A stretch of DNA of 64,000 nt from the IMG/VR virus record IMGVR_UViG_3300005911_000002, positions 9,213 through 73,212 of that record; one strand, written 5' to 3'. Below are positions 9,789-20,427 of this stretch, one piece after another. Within the stretch, counting starts at the first letter, position 1, and each line of letters begins with the position of its first letter. Both the position numbers and the translations under genes were made by a program. The stretch is from a virus. The notes under the pieces are model-generated. The model saw nothing but the letters and a program-made list of their open reading frames with translations, had not been told where the DNA came from and searched no databases.

Positions 9789-11603
9789 TCATGACTGTCT
9801 ACCACACATACTCAACAACTTATACACCGAAGCCATCTTATTCTTAGCGTTCCAAGTATCCTTAGTTACGGAGGTAGGTCCTGGAGCAAACGGTTTCAAT
9901 GCCTTAGCCTGTGTTATCGGTTCCGGCACCTTCTCCAGTGGAACCTTGGTATCGGTGTTTGGTTTTACTACACCTTTTATCTTCTTTGTACTACTACTTG
10001 TTCCTGATGGAGTTGAAACCATCGACATCTTATGAAGATTAGCACCTATGCCATGCACGCCCTGGGCGATATTGTTATTCATGGTAGAGGGTGCTCCAGG
10101 CGTTGTTATTGTCGCAGGTGTGATTGGTACTTTGGCCATATCACTCATAGACGTAGCCCCTTCCTTTGGTGCAGTCACGAGCTTAGATATGTTTCTGAAA
10201 GTGTTCCCGGTGCTGTTTCCAATATTACCAATGCCGGCATTGCCGATAGGGGTAATTGGGAGTGTCATATTTCCAGCAGCTTTTATCTCAGCAGCAACCT
10301 TGTTGTGTGAGAGTACGTCGTTTAGACCTTCGATAACAGTGCTATCCTTCGAAGACTGTTTCGTTAACTTTCTTAACGTAGATATATTAGAGTCTATTTG
10401 ATCACTATCGAAATGAAACCTGTCATATTCTGGAGACCATGACTCCCAGTCGATTACGGTGGGTTTTGCCTTGTCGGATATAAATATGTTCCCGCCGTGA
10501 ATATCATTGTGACTTATTTGTTTCTTTTTTAAGAACCCTCGCAAATCCTCAAGACCTTTTATCGCAGGCTCGTACATCTTTTCCTCCTTCCCCTGAATTA
10601 TGTCCGCAACACTCATCCCGGGAGCCCTGGTCATTTTAAACCAATCTTTTCCCTTAGAGTGTATCTCTGGCGTAAGTGTGTCCCCCTTTGACATTGCATA
10701 AAATTTCAACTCGTTAGCCATCCGTTCTTGCCAATTAGACGGCTCGATAGTACCACCGTCAAATATCGCCTTTCTTGAGAACTGTTTTTTTACCAGTTTT
10801 TTGTACATGGTAATTAGTGCTGTTGGGGATTCAATTGTTAGCGCTGCAATCTTCTCAATTGCCGTTGTCTCTAACCCCTCCCGAGATACACTCGAAACCT
10901 TATGTATATGTGAATGTGGGTTTGCATGTCCTGGTAATTTATGTGTAGTATTTTCCGTTCGTTTTATTAATCTTCCTAGTATATCATATATGTTCTGGCG
11001 TGTATATGCGTCACCCCTAGAGCTTGCAACTGTCTCGTCTACTGTCTTAGTTATTCCTGGCATTACTTGTTTTGCGTAAGAGTTCGAGTACTTAGTATAA
11101 CGCCCGGCATCGTCTACCGACATCTTATCTATGAATGTCTGGATGCTGGCTACCTTCTCTTCCACGGGAAGGGCCTCCGCAACCTTCTCACCCTTAAGCG
11201 ATCCGAATAACTTCTTCTTGAAATCTTCGATAGACATGATAGTCATCGACCCAAAGAATTTAGGTGAATCATAATGCTTAAGGTACGCATTCTTGGCGGA
11301 GATAGGTGTGCTGAACCCAAGCATCACCTTATCCTCATCGTACTTACCAGTCTTTGGAAAGTTCTGATGAACCACGTAGACTTCCTTAGGCTCTTCAACA
11401 GGTCCGACGTATACGTCAAGCTTGTCGCCATCGGTACCCCTGCTTCCGAGAATCTCACCATAATGATTACGCATCATGGTGAAGCCCCCTTTCCAATGTC
11501 TTTTCGAACCGGGCTTATTTTCTACGTGGATAGTAATGCCATGTCGTTTTACCGTACCGATAAATGGGTACTCCTTCCGATTTCTTTTCGGAGGAGGACC
11601 CAT
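9789..11603 (-). CDS. Multidomain protein: phage inorganic pyrophosphatase-like (InPase) domain, kinase-like domain and low-complexity tail
   Basis: HYGEI..GTDGDKLDVYVG..YDEDKVMLGF (InPase); HNDIHGGNIF..VIDWE (APH/RIO-type kinase catalytic loop). Confidence 0.75.
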   Translation of the reverse strand: MGPPPKRNRKEYPFIGTVKRHGITIHVENKPGSKRHWKGGFTMMRNHYGEILGSRGTDGDKLDVYVGPVEEPKEVYVVHQNFPKTGKYDEDKVMLGFSTPISAKNAYLKHYDSPKFFGSMTIMSIEDFKKKLFGSLKGEKVAEALPVEEKVASIQTFIDKMSVDDAGRYTKYSNSYAKQVMPGITKTVDETVASSRGDAYTRQNIYDILGRLIKRTENTTHKLPGHANPHSHIHKVSSVSREGLETTAIEKIAALTIESPTALITMYKKLVKKQFSRKAIFDGGTIEPSNWQERMANELKFYAMSKGDTLTPEIHSKGKDWFKMTRAPGMSVADIIQGKEEKMYEPAIKGLEDLRGFLKKKQISHNDIHGGNIFISDKAKPTVIDWESWSPEYDRFHFDSDQIDSNISTLRKLTKQSSKDSTVIEGLNDVLSHNKVAAEIKAAGNMTLPITPIGNAGIGNIGNSTGNTFRNISKLVTAPKEGATSMSDMAKVPITPATITTPGAPSTMNNNIAQGVHGIGANLHKMSMVSTPSGTSSSTKKIKGVVKPNTDTKVPLEKVPEPITQAKALKPFAPGPTSVTKDTWNAKNKMASVYKLLSMCGRQS

Positions 11604-11692
11604 TGTTACCTCGGTAGTATTTTTGGTAAGTATCTCTGCTATCTTAATTCCCGTGCTTGTCTCCTGTGCTTATCTGCTATTAACCATCAGTA

Positions 11693-12811
11693 TTACCTAC
11701 GATCCGTAAGTGCACCATATCCAGAAGAAGCGGCCATTATCCCGCCGAATGTTCCGGGTGCGTAACTAGCTACGTCGGTTATTTTGTTCGTAATCGCCTG
11801 GGTACCGAGATTTTTTTTGGCAGTTGTGAATTTAGATCCTAGCGCTTCGTTTTTTGATATCTGGGAGTCTATTCGGGACTCATTAGCTTTTAGCGCATCG
11901 GTATATACGCCTCTATTAAGTGTCAGATTCTCAGGATCCAATTTTTTAGTTATGCTAGCTCTTGTTTTTGAGAAACCATCCAATTTTCCTGTACCTTTCC
12001 TAAAGTTTCTATCAGCGGTACCCACATCTTCAGCAAGACCCATTAACTTCTGAAGCCTAGCAGGTTCTTGCTTAGCATACCACTTTCTAAACGCAACTCC
12101 ACCCACAAGAGCACCTATTGGGATAATCATAGAAAGAGCTCTATCAGTGAATGTTCTATCATCACGATATCTATCGTTATCTCCCTGAGATCTTTCAGCT
12201 GTTTTCTTTTCATCGGAACTGCCGAACAGAATATTAGTAAGTGCAGCTGCACCTGTAAGTCCTCCGGTTGTTTTAATCAGGTCCATCTCTAACGAAGCAT
12301 CTGAATCATCAAGTCGCTTAGTAGACTTACCTATTAAACTCGTGGCGTCGTCCTGCCTTATTTGATTAACGTCTAGACGTCCCTGGAGATAATTTCCAAC
12401 CTCGCCAGCGTTCCGACTTTCTGGATTGTTATCCAAGATACCTTTGGTTTTATCATACAGCTTTCGCTCTCTTTCACGTCCCAACCCGTGGTGTACAAGC
12501 CTGCTATTCGGATCGATTATAGTCTTTGTGGTTGGGCTCAAACCCATACTTTTCATAGCTGCGCCTTCCGCCGCTGTGTGCATAGTTGCTCGTCGATTCT
12601 CTACGCCACTTATCATTTTCTTAAGACTGTTGCCCTCATCTCCTAACCCGCTTAAATTATGAGACGTCATTCGGATGGTTTTCTTTAAATACTTCTGCAA
12701 TGCGCTGTACCTGCCAGCAACCAATAGCGGTGATGCCATAGCCGCTACGCCAAGTCCCGCTGCTGCATAATCCCCAACAACCCATTCTGCCTTCTTAATC
12801 TTACTAGTCAT
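11693..12811 (-). CDS. Two-module membrane/coiled-coil protein, putative virion or ejection protein
   Basis: Four hydrophobic Gly/Ala-rich helices flanking helical segments; KTA at the module junction. Confidence 0.5.
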   Translation of the reverse strand: MTSKIKKAEWVVGDYAAAGLGVAAMASPLLVAGRYSALQKYLKKTIRMTSHNLSGLGDEGNSLKKMISGVENRRATMHTAAEGAAMKSMGLSPTTKTIIDPNSRLVHHGLGRERERKLYDKTKGILDNNPESRNAGEVGNYLQGRLDVNQIRQDDATSLIGKSTKRLDDSDASLEMDLIKTTGGLTGAAALTNILFGSSDEKKTAERSQGDNDRYRDDRTFTDRALSMIIPIGALVGGVAFRKWYAKQEPARLQKLMGLAEDVGTADRNFRKGTGKLDGFSKTRASITKKLDPENLTLNRGVYTDALKANESRIDSQISKNEALGSKFTTAKKNLGTQAITNKITDVASYAPGTFGGIMAASSGYGALTDRR

Positions 12812-12832
12812 AATACATACCTTCCTTTTTTT

Positions 12833-14269
12833 TTAAAATCTAACTCGGCGCCGGACCATCGGTCTTACGCTAGCGTTAGTTAAGTTTAATGGTTGTGAGA
12901 ATAGCTGATCTACTCTCATTTTGTTTTTCTTCTTTTCTATCTCTTCGTAAGTATCCGGGAAGAAACCTCCCGAGCCAGCTATCCCCGCACCGCCTACTAT
13001 TGCAGCGGCTGGGTACCCCATGCCACCCCGAGCTTTCTCCAGCAACTCCTCAGTGCGGTCACGGTCAGTAAATGCCGGCAAGTGTTCGTCGGTTGCGTCG
13101 ATATAGTTCTTCCGGGAACTCGAAAGATCACCGTCAGCGTGGCTTTTAATCGCCTTTCGCGCGGCAACTGCATTATCACTGGCAGTCCCAAGGTTCTTGT
13201 GGGCAACACCTTGTTCCATCGAAGGTGTTGTGTCGGAAAGGTTGCGCATGGTATTTTTAGCACTATCAAAAGCGTCGTTGGCCTTAACCCTACTATTATT
13301 AAGCTTTTCCGCCTTCCATTGTTCTGATTTCCACATATTCCTAGTTTTAACTACCTGGTCATCGAGGCCTTTGTACCTAGCAGCGCCATCCTTAAGAACT
13401 TTCTCTAACCCCTTGATCTTCCTACCTTTTAAATAAGCATAGATAGCCCCCCCAGCAGCAATGGTTGTCCCTACTCCTGCAAGTATAATCCTCATGGCTT
13501 GGTTGATTGTTGTGTCCTCAGCTAATTTGTAGTTCTTGTTATTCTGCTCTTCTGAGTACATTCTAGACCCAAGAATAGTCCCAGAGGCCAGCATACCGCC
13601 CCCAACTAATCCGCTAAATCTTGCTCTATCGTATGTGTATTCTCCGACGTCACTTAGCTCCTGTAGCTCGGAACCCTTACGTTTAAATTCATTCAGTGTA
13701 TTGATCATATCTGTTTTAGTTTTATTAACATGCCCCATATAATCGGGCTTTCTGGCCATCGTGCCCTGTAAATCGTCGAGGTGTCCCCTAGCTGCTTTCA
13801 GGTTTATGGCCGAATCTGCCATATCATTCTGTTTAGCATGAACTTGGTCAGAAAGATCTTTTATCATACTCCGTGCTCGTGAATAGGACTCTGTTGGAAG
13901 GCGCTCGGCGTCCTGCTTAAGTGCCATTATTTTACTTTTCAGATCCTCTATGTCAGCCACATTCTGCTTAAATATACCCTCCGCTCTGAGTGCCTTATCT
14001 GTCCTGCTAGCAAGATCGGCCATAACCTCAGGACCATTTTGAAATATCTTCTGAGCATCTGCATTACGTGATGTTGCCTCAAGGAACTCAGCCCCTATGT
14101 CTGCAAGGTCTTCTCTTCGTTTCTTAAGCTCTGGCATAAGTTTTTTTAACTTGTGCCTTGCGCCTGCACCCATCAAAGCTATAGCAGAACCTACAGCAAT
14201 AAGTACCGCCGGTACCTTATAGTTCATAGCTGGTGCTGGCTTTCTATCTTCTGAATAATATAGTCCCAT
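12833..14269 (-). CDS. Two-module membrane/coiled-coil protein, putative virion or ejection protein
   Basis: TM-coil-TM architecture twice, separated by NYKLAE. Confidence 0.5.
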   Translation of the reverse strand: MGLYYSEDRKPAPAMNYKVPAVLIAVGSAIALMGAGARHKLKKLMPELKKRREDLADIGAEFLEATSRNADAQKIFQNGPEVMADLASRTDKALRAEGIFKQNVADIEDLKSKIMALKQDAERLPTESYSRARSMIKDLSDQVHAKQNDMADSAINLKAARGHLDDLQGTMARKPDYMGHVNKTKTDMINTLNEFKRKGSELQELSDVGEYTYDRARFSGLVGGGMLASGTILGSRMYSEEQNNKNYKLAEDTTINQAMRIILAGVGTTIAAGGAIYAYLKGRKIKGLEKVLKDGAARYKGLDDQVVKTRNMWKSEQWKAEKLNNSRVKANDAFDSAKNTMRNLSDTTPSMEQGVAHKNLGTASDNAVAARKAIKSHADGDLSSSRKNYIDATDEHLPAFTDRDRTEELLEKARGGMGYPAAAIVGGAGIAGSGGFFPDTYEEIEKKKNKMRVDQLFSQPLNLTNASVRPMVRRRVRF

Positions 14270-14282
14270 GATTCCTCCAAAT

Positions 14283-17200
14283 TTATTCTATAACGGACGG
14301 GCCGTAAACATATCTAGTAAACATAGATGATTCTGGTCCAGCTATGTGAGTACTATCTCCAAACGCTACTCCCTTCTGTAACGATCCTTTGAGCTCTCTG
14401 TACCCAAGACGCTGTAACCAGTCCTGGTTCATAAGTGGAGACCTGTTAGTTCCAATTATAACCTTGTCGGCCTTTATCGGAGTTGTAAACACTCTAACTG
14501 TTTCCACACCCTCGTTTAGAAGAGCTTCCATCATCTTATCATCTATCATTGACCTGATAGGAAATCCTGACACACTTTCAGCCAGACGTTTCCCAACAGA
14601 AAATTCTACATCCATTTCTTTAACTGAGTTCTCATTATAATGGTTTACAAACGATGTGTCAACTATGTCTCCAGGAACTACTGATGATGATGTTCCTGCA
14701 TCTGTCACCCTGGAAAATTTACCCATTGACCTCGTAACTACTTCTGCAGTAGATCTCTTAATCCCAACTCCTGCAGATTGGTACAGACTTGTTAACTCAT
14801 CAGCTATAAAATCTAGCGCCGCGTCTGCACCTTTAATGTCCTTAATATCCATTGGATGTATATTTCCATAGCTAACAGAATCCCCAGCATGTATCATGTC
14901 CCCCTTTTTTACTTTAAGACCTACGGCCGCTGGCACATATAATTTTTTAGTTCCTATATTGACGTCCCAGCCGCCTATAGATGATTCATTAATATCCGTA
15001 ACAAACCCATCCTTAGGGGCTAGGATAGCTCTATCTTTAATCTTCTTAGGTAGTTGGGTTATCTGCCTTATTCTGTCTAAAGACCCGATAGCCCCAACAC
15101 TTGATCCTACTGTAGAACCAGTATGGAACACCCTCATAGCCATTTGAACAAGAGGCTCTCCTAATGTCTGGGCTGCCAACGTTCCTACGTTATCACCTTT
15201 TCCAGGAAGAATCCCGTTTGCCAGATAGCCATGGCATCTTCTGCAGATACCCTTTATAGCTTTGCACTTAAGAGGAGATCGTGCGTATACTTCCCTAATA
15301 CCATGATTCTTTAAGTTTTTAATTGCGTTAGCGTCAAGGTGCTGATCTTTTGGGTGAATAACCTTACCACCCACCCGGATGTTACGTACTGCAAATCTAT
15401 TAAGCACCTCTGGTGATGATACAGGGAACATTTTACCTTCTGATGTTTTACAGTCCTCGGTTGTAATAGTTATTCCAGACGAAGCAGCGAGTATCTCTTT
15501 ACTGAATGCACCCGGCTCTACAACCGACTTAGCTTTGGACACACCACCCATCCTGGCAGCATAACCCATACCCCAAAAGGCAGATGGGCTGAGTCCCGAT
15601 GCGTATGAATCCTTTGATATTATCGGAGGAACGGATCCACCAGGACCCTGGAACATAATAGGTGAACCGATTATCTGTGTAACCGGTGCCCACTGTCCTT
15701 TTGCCCCCGACGCGTCTACATAGTCGTAATATGTGTCTTTCATTCTATCTTTGATAACGTCTTGTATCTTACCTTGGATCTCAGCAGCGTTCTCTACGCC
15801 AGTAACCGTCTTTATAAGGTCGTCGACTTCTTTTATTGGTGCTAAATCATCGTAATTCAAAGACATGCCACGTCTTGTTGCATACGTATCTCCAATTAGT
15901 TTGACGTCTTTTAGAACCTTCCCTATTTGGTCGGGAGTATTCTTCACCACGCTCTTTACAGCAGCGGACAATGATCCGTCAGTAACTGCTTCGTTAATAT
16001 CAACACCATCTGGGAGCGCGTTATTCACCATGATACGTCCTATATTAGTCATTTTGCGTTTAACTTTTATCATATCATTTTCGGAAATATCGCCGGCAAG
16101 GTATGCTTCGAGAGCATCCGTAGTCGTTTTATATTTCTTGTCAGTACTCTTACCATCCTTAGTCATAGCATACAGCCCTGTTAGGTCGTCCCAGCTAGGC
16201 ATGTTCATAACCTCCCCCTTAGTTGGGTGAATTACGTTATTACTTGGAAGCATGAGGTGCGCCTCGGCCTCAGCCTTAGCAGTTACGGGAGTATGTACCA
16301 GTACCTTGTCACCGTCGAAGTCCATGTTAAACCCTTTAACAACCATCAAAGGTACACGTATAGATTTTCCCTGTACCAGCTTAGGCTTAAATGCCATAAC
16401 CCCATACTTGTGTAACGTCGGGGCTCTATTAACTATAACATGTTTTTCGTCCATAACCTTTCCCAGAATCCTGGCTGCTACCGGGGTCTTGTTATCCACT
16501 TCAGCCATAGCCTCGAACGGAGTCATACCTGCAGATAGCATCTTTCTTTTGATCATTGGTTCGAACATCTTATATGCCATCTCTTCCGGAATACCTATCT
16601 CATCTATATCCATCTTAGTGTCAATCGATACCACGCCAGCACCAGTTAGGTTCTGTCTTTTCTTGACCATCTTCTTTTGGAAGTATCCCTCTTTTGGGCT
16701 GTCCCCTGCGATTAGTTCTACAAGTCCTTTCTGGTTAGCTTTCTTTGGGTTGAGTCTAGCTTTATCTGAGGCAGTCGCGTATCCCATAAGCCTCTTAGTT
16801 TGATCGTAGATATCCTTAGCTATATTTTCCTGCTCACGCTGAGGAACAAACTTACTTTTCGATGCATTATTTAATAGTATTAAATCTTTATATAGATCAT
16901 TTAAAGGTGAGTTAATTAAATTCCCAGTATCATCTGGATACACGGGCCTAATCTTAGGTGGTACAACCGGCACATTGTGTAAAAAGAATGATCTAGCTGT
17001 GAGTTTCCCGTCTATCATGTTCTTGAGAAACCTCATCTTCTTGTTCAATTTATTCAGCGCACTACCTTCTGCAGTAGCCGCTTCTTTTTTTAGGTTAGCA
17101 AGCTCCTCCTCCGGAGATATTTTGGATAGCATGGCCTGCATAGCGTCCCCAAATTTTTTACCATCAACCTCAGTTCTGCCCGCTACTAAGTCGTCGTACT

Positions 17201-20200
17201 GCGTTTGGGTTATATCCAATATATTCTTAATAGCTGGCTCAAATACTGGGTTAGGTATCTTACGTGTAAGTGCTATGTGTGACCAATTCTCTCCGTCGGT
17301 GCCGCCAGTTATCTTAATATCAAATAACCCGTTTTTTTCCGGTAGCAATGTTTTTGCAATTACCACTTTTGCCTCAGTAACCTCTCCCTTAGACTGCCCT
17401 AAAATATCCCTGTCGGTAAGTGGTACAAGTTTTATCTGATCGCCACTCTTCTTAGGCTTTATCCCGGCGCCCTTTAAATAGTCCATAAACATATGGTATG
17501 AAAAAGTTGGGCTCGGTGTAGGTAGTTGTGATCCTGTGATATACGATCTCCAAAATTCAGGGTTGTCCTGTGATTTATATATGGCTATGTCTCGGAGGTT
17601 GGCCTTAGCACCGTGTGCCATTAGAGAATACATCGGCAACATCCCTACGGTCTTCCCCCCAGACTTACCACCAGCAGTAGGAGTCTTATCGAATCCTGTC
17701 GGCCCATAATAACTTCTAGCAGAGAACCCCTTATCCTCTTTGTATTTTAGTTTATAAATATATTGCTTTCCCCAAAGAACCTTGTCGGTAGTCTCTTCCC
17801 CCTCTACCATGAGTTTCTCATTGGGCTTTATTCCTAGTTCATCAGCTTTTTTTTTAACCGAAGTATAATAACTTTCATCGCTAAACCCTGGAACCATTAT
17901 AGGCGCACCTTGCGCATCCGCAACCCTGCCGAGAACAACTTCGTGCTCCTGTCCAACGTTCAATCTCTTCTGTACTGGTAGAGGTGACATGATCAACCCT
18001 ATCTTCTCACCATTAGGAGCCGTCGGGGCTTTCTCATCTGGGAATACTGCAGAAATTATACCCTTGTTACCGTATCGTCCGGAAACCTTATCACCCTTCT
18101 TTGCTTGCTCGGATGTTTTTACCTCTATGAAAATAGCCTTACCAGTATCGCGTACTGATATAACTTCACCGGAAGCTCCATGCTCCCATCTAACTATCTT
18201 TTCCCTGAAAGGACTAGACAATGTAGAATGCACTTTTGCCAAAAGCTTGTCTTCCTCGGACAACGACTTTTCTACAAGGTATGCGGCGATCACACTTCCG
18301 TCGTGAACCTTCGACCCTTTCTTAACAATACCATCCTGATCCAAGTTACTTGTCTCCAGGGAGGATAACTTACCCATCGCAACGTTCTTAAAACGTGTGA
18401 AATCGAAGTGAGCTCCCTTTTTTGAAATCTCCATCTTGTACATATGCTCTGACGTCATCTTCTTGGCACCAGATTCAAACAGCACGATAGCATCCTCTGA
18501 ATTCATAGAATGATACGGCATATAAGCCACATTAAGATTAACGCCAAGAGCCAGTGTATCGTCTTTTTCATAGTTTGACCTCATAAGTTTATCGCCTTTC
18601 TTAACGGTGCTACCTTCTGATACAGATGCTTCTGTAGTAACGTAAGAACTATCCCCTATCTTGTAATTCTGGTAGAAGGGTAGTTTCTCCGTTTCACCAT
18701 TCTCATACTCGACGGTCATGCTCTTCTTTCCAACCGAAGTAACCTTCCCAGCTCCTTGTGCGGTAGGGACAGAATCCCGTGCCATAATCTTCTCGAAGGA
18801 GGTTCCTGTTCTGTCATCAAGTGTCTGTATAAGGGGGGCTTCTGGGTTCTTTAGTAGTAATGTCTGCCCTGCCATCTTGGCGGACATATTAACCCTGTTA
18901 CCCATATTACTGCTTAAAAACGGAGTTAGGTTTGTTGATGGTGAGTATAGCTCAGTAGCATACCTGAATATATAATCCACCTCGCTAGAAGGAACTTTAT
19001 CCTCACTCCCCTTACTAACGGCATATACCTCGTCATCACGCCATTGTTTCTTATTGTAGTCATATTGGCCTGCAAATGCGATCGTGTACTTGTACATGTC
19101 ATCATTAGATACACTCTCTTCCTGGCCTGTTTTTGGATTATATAATTTCTTAGAAAACGCATCGCCCTTCTGCATAGTTCCAACAGGAAGTTTGACAGAA
19201 ATACCAGCAGCGTCATCCGGTGTATGGAGTGGATCCAGTACCCCTGCAGAAGAGCCGTAAACCATCATGGCTTTTTCGGTTATAGCATGGTCTGACTCAA
19301 TACCACCCTCACCTTTCCTGGTGTAGTGTATATCCTCATCTATAAAATTTAGCGGATTTACAAAATCTATAGGGGCTGCAAGCGACGACTGGTTAAATAG
19401 CGGTGTTATATTCCCATTAAGGTAGTTAGTTGGGACAATCTCTTTAATAGTTTTACGAGTTCTCATACGAACTTTTAACGCACCCTGGCTACTCTTGACC
19501 TTGCGTGGATTTAGTATATAATCGTCCGATAACATGGCTACCTCATCAACTGCCTTTGCAAAATACGAGTCATCCTTGTTATCCTGTTTCCCGTTGTCCT
19601 TGAAAACCTCGAGTATCCTTGATGACGTAGCTAACAGGGTTTTGGCATCCATCTTTTCGAAGGATGTTCCGAGAGTTTTCTCAGTTGTTTTTTTGTCGAG
19701 GACTGTGTCGTTAAACCTGTCCTCCACAGCTCCCTCGGCGGCGTCTATATCTTTGTATGCTTTGTATGTATAGTTTGTTGCAAAGTTTAAAAAGTCAGAC
19801 TCATGCTTGCTACCCCTAGAAGAGTTCGCTTCAAAAAGTTCTGGCCCCCATGCTTCTCGCATATCAGAATCAGGTATATCCAGGTGTGTAAGTATCGAGT
19901 ACACCGGATATTTTCTGCCTTTAAGTACAACAGTGAATATCTTCTTTACAGGGTCAAGAGACATTGTTAGGTTGTGTCCTTTTTGGAGGTTCAACTTGGC
20001 CTCGATCTCCCCGTTTTTCTTCACTTCGGTGTATACTCCAGACCGCAGCCTGAGCATTTTGGTTACCTTGAATTCGGTACCACCCACGATATATGTGCCA
20101 GCAGCTGTTCTAACGGGCATATCCCCAATCTTGACCTTAGCCTTATCAATTAGCTCAGTACCAACCCTAAAGGAAAAGGTTCCGTAAATAGGTACAGTCA

Positions 20201-20393
20201 GGGACTTATCGCTTTCCAGGAGTTTCCTGAATTTTTCAGGGTTTATTACATCCGCGTTGTTTGTATTAATACTTAGCTTGTCTAGTGAGAGTGATCTGCT
20301 ACCGTCCGTTATTGGGAACGCTGCTTCCTTGTATTTCTCAAATACCTCAGCGAGTCTATCGTTAAATTCCTTGGCACTTTTTATATTATACAT
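14283..20393 (-). CDS. Phage DNA-directed RNA polymerase, fused beta-beta' single chain (~2036 aa)
   Basis: beta: NSEDAI, GDKVSGRYGNKG. beta': NRAPTLH, NMDFDGD, RSPLKC..GICRRCHG, GEPLVQMAMRVFHTG. Start moved to ATG 20393 (AGGGGA SD; a promoter lies inside the longer ORF). Confidence 0.93.
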   Translation of the reverse strand: MYNIKSAKEFNDRLAEVFEKYKEAAFPITDGSRSLSLDKLSINTNNADVINPEKFRKLLESDKSLTVPIYGTFSFRVGTELIDKAKVKIGDMPVRTAAGTYIVGGTEFKVTKMLRLRSGVYTEVKKNGEIEAKLNLQKGHNLTMSLDPVKKIFTVVLKGRKYPVYSILTHLDIPDSDMREAWGPELFEANSSRGSKHESDFLNFATNYTYKAYKDIDAAEGAVEDRFNDTVLDKKTTEKTLGTSFEKMDAKTLLATSSRILEVFKDNGKQDNKDDSYFAKAVDEVAMLSDDYILNPRKVKSSQGALKVRMRTRKTIKEIVPTNYLNGNITPLFNQSSLAAPIDFVNPLNFIDEDIHYTRKGEGGIESDHAITEKAMMVYGSSAGVLDPLHTPDDAAGISVKLPVGTMQKGDAFSKKLYNPKTGQEESVSNDDMYKYTIAFAGQYDYNKKQWRDDEVYAVSKGSEDKVPSSEVDYIFRYATELYSPSTNLTPFLSSNMGNRVNMSAKMAGQTLLLKNPEAPLIQTLDDRTGTSFEKIMARDSVPTAQGAGKVTSVGKKSMTVEYENGETEKLPFYQNYKIGDSSYVTTEASVSEGSTVKKGDKLMRSNYEKDDTLALGVNLNVAYMPYHSMNSEDAIVLFESGAKKMTSEHMYKMEISKKGAHFDFTRFKNVAMGKLSSLETSNLDQDGIVKKGSKVHDGSVIAAYLVEKSLSEEDKLLAKVHSTLSSPFREKIVRWEHGASGEVISVRDTGKAIFIEVKTSEQAKKGDKVSGRYGNKGIISAVFPDEKAPTAPNGEKIGLIMSPLPVQKRLNVGQEHEVVLGRVADAQGAPIMVPGFSDESYYTSVKKKADELGIKPNEKLMVEGEETTDKVLWGKQYIYKLKYKEDKGFSARSYYGPTGFDKTPTAGGKSGGKTVGMLPMYSLMAHGAKANLRDIAIYKSQDNPEFWRSYITGSQLPTPSPTFSYHMFMDYLKGAGIKPKKSGDQIKLVPLTDRDILGQSKGEVTEAKVVIAKTLLPEKNGLFDIKITGGTDGENWSHIALTRKIPNPVFEPAIKNILDITQTQYDDLVAGRTEVDGKKFGDAMQAMLSKISPEEELANLKKEAATAEGSALNKLNKKMRFLKNMIDGKLTARSFFLHNVPVVPPKIRPVYPDDTGNLINSPLNDLYKDLILLNNASKSKFVPQREQENIAKDIYDQTKRLMGYATASDKARLNPKKANQKGLVELIAGDSPKEGYFQKKMVKKRQNLTGAGVVSIDTKMDIDEIGIPEEMAYKMFEPMIKRKMLSAGMTPFEAMAEVDNKTPVAARILGKVMDEKHVIVNRAPTLHKYGVMAFKPKLVQGKSIRVPLMVVKGFNMDFDGDKVLVHTPVTAKAEAEAHLMLPSNNVIHPTKGEVMNMPSWDDLTGLYAMTKDGKSTDKKYKTTTDALEAYLAGDISENDMIKVKRKMTNIGRIMVNNALPDGVDINEAVTDGSLSAAVKSVVKNTPDQIGKVLKDVKLIGDTYATRRGMSLNYDDLAPIKEVDDLIKTVTGVENAAEIQGKIQDVIKDRMKDTYYDYVDASGAKGQWAPVTQIIGSPIMFQGPGGSVPPIISKDSYASGLSPSAFWGMGYAARMGGVSKAKSVVEPGAFSKEILAASSGITITTEDCKTSEGKMFPVSSPEVLNRFAVRNIRVGGKVIHPKDQHLDANAIKNLKNHGIREVYARSPLKCKAIKGICRRCHGYLANGILPGKGDNVGTLAAQTLGEPLVQMAMRVFHTGSTVGSSVGAIGSLDRIRQITQLPKKIKDRAILAPKDGFVTDINESSIGGWDVNIGTKKLYVPAAVGLKVKKGDMIHAGDSVSYGNIHPMDIKDIKGADAALDFIADELTSLYQSAGVGIKRSTAEVVTRSMGKFSRVTDAGTSSSVVPGDIVDTSFVNHYNENSVKEMDVEFSVGKRLAESVSGFPIRSMIDDKMMEALLNEGVETVRVFTTPIKADKVIIGTNRSPLMNQDWLQRLGYRELKGSLQKGVAFGDSTHIAGPESSMFTRYVYGPSVIE

Positions 20394-20427
20394 GAACGTT
20401 GTGTCCCCTTCATAACCGATTTCTCTA

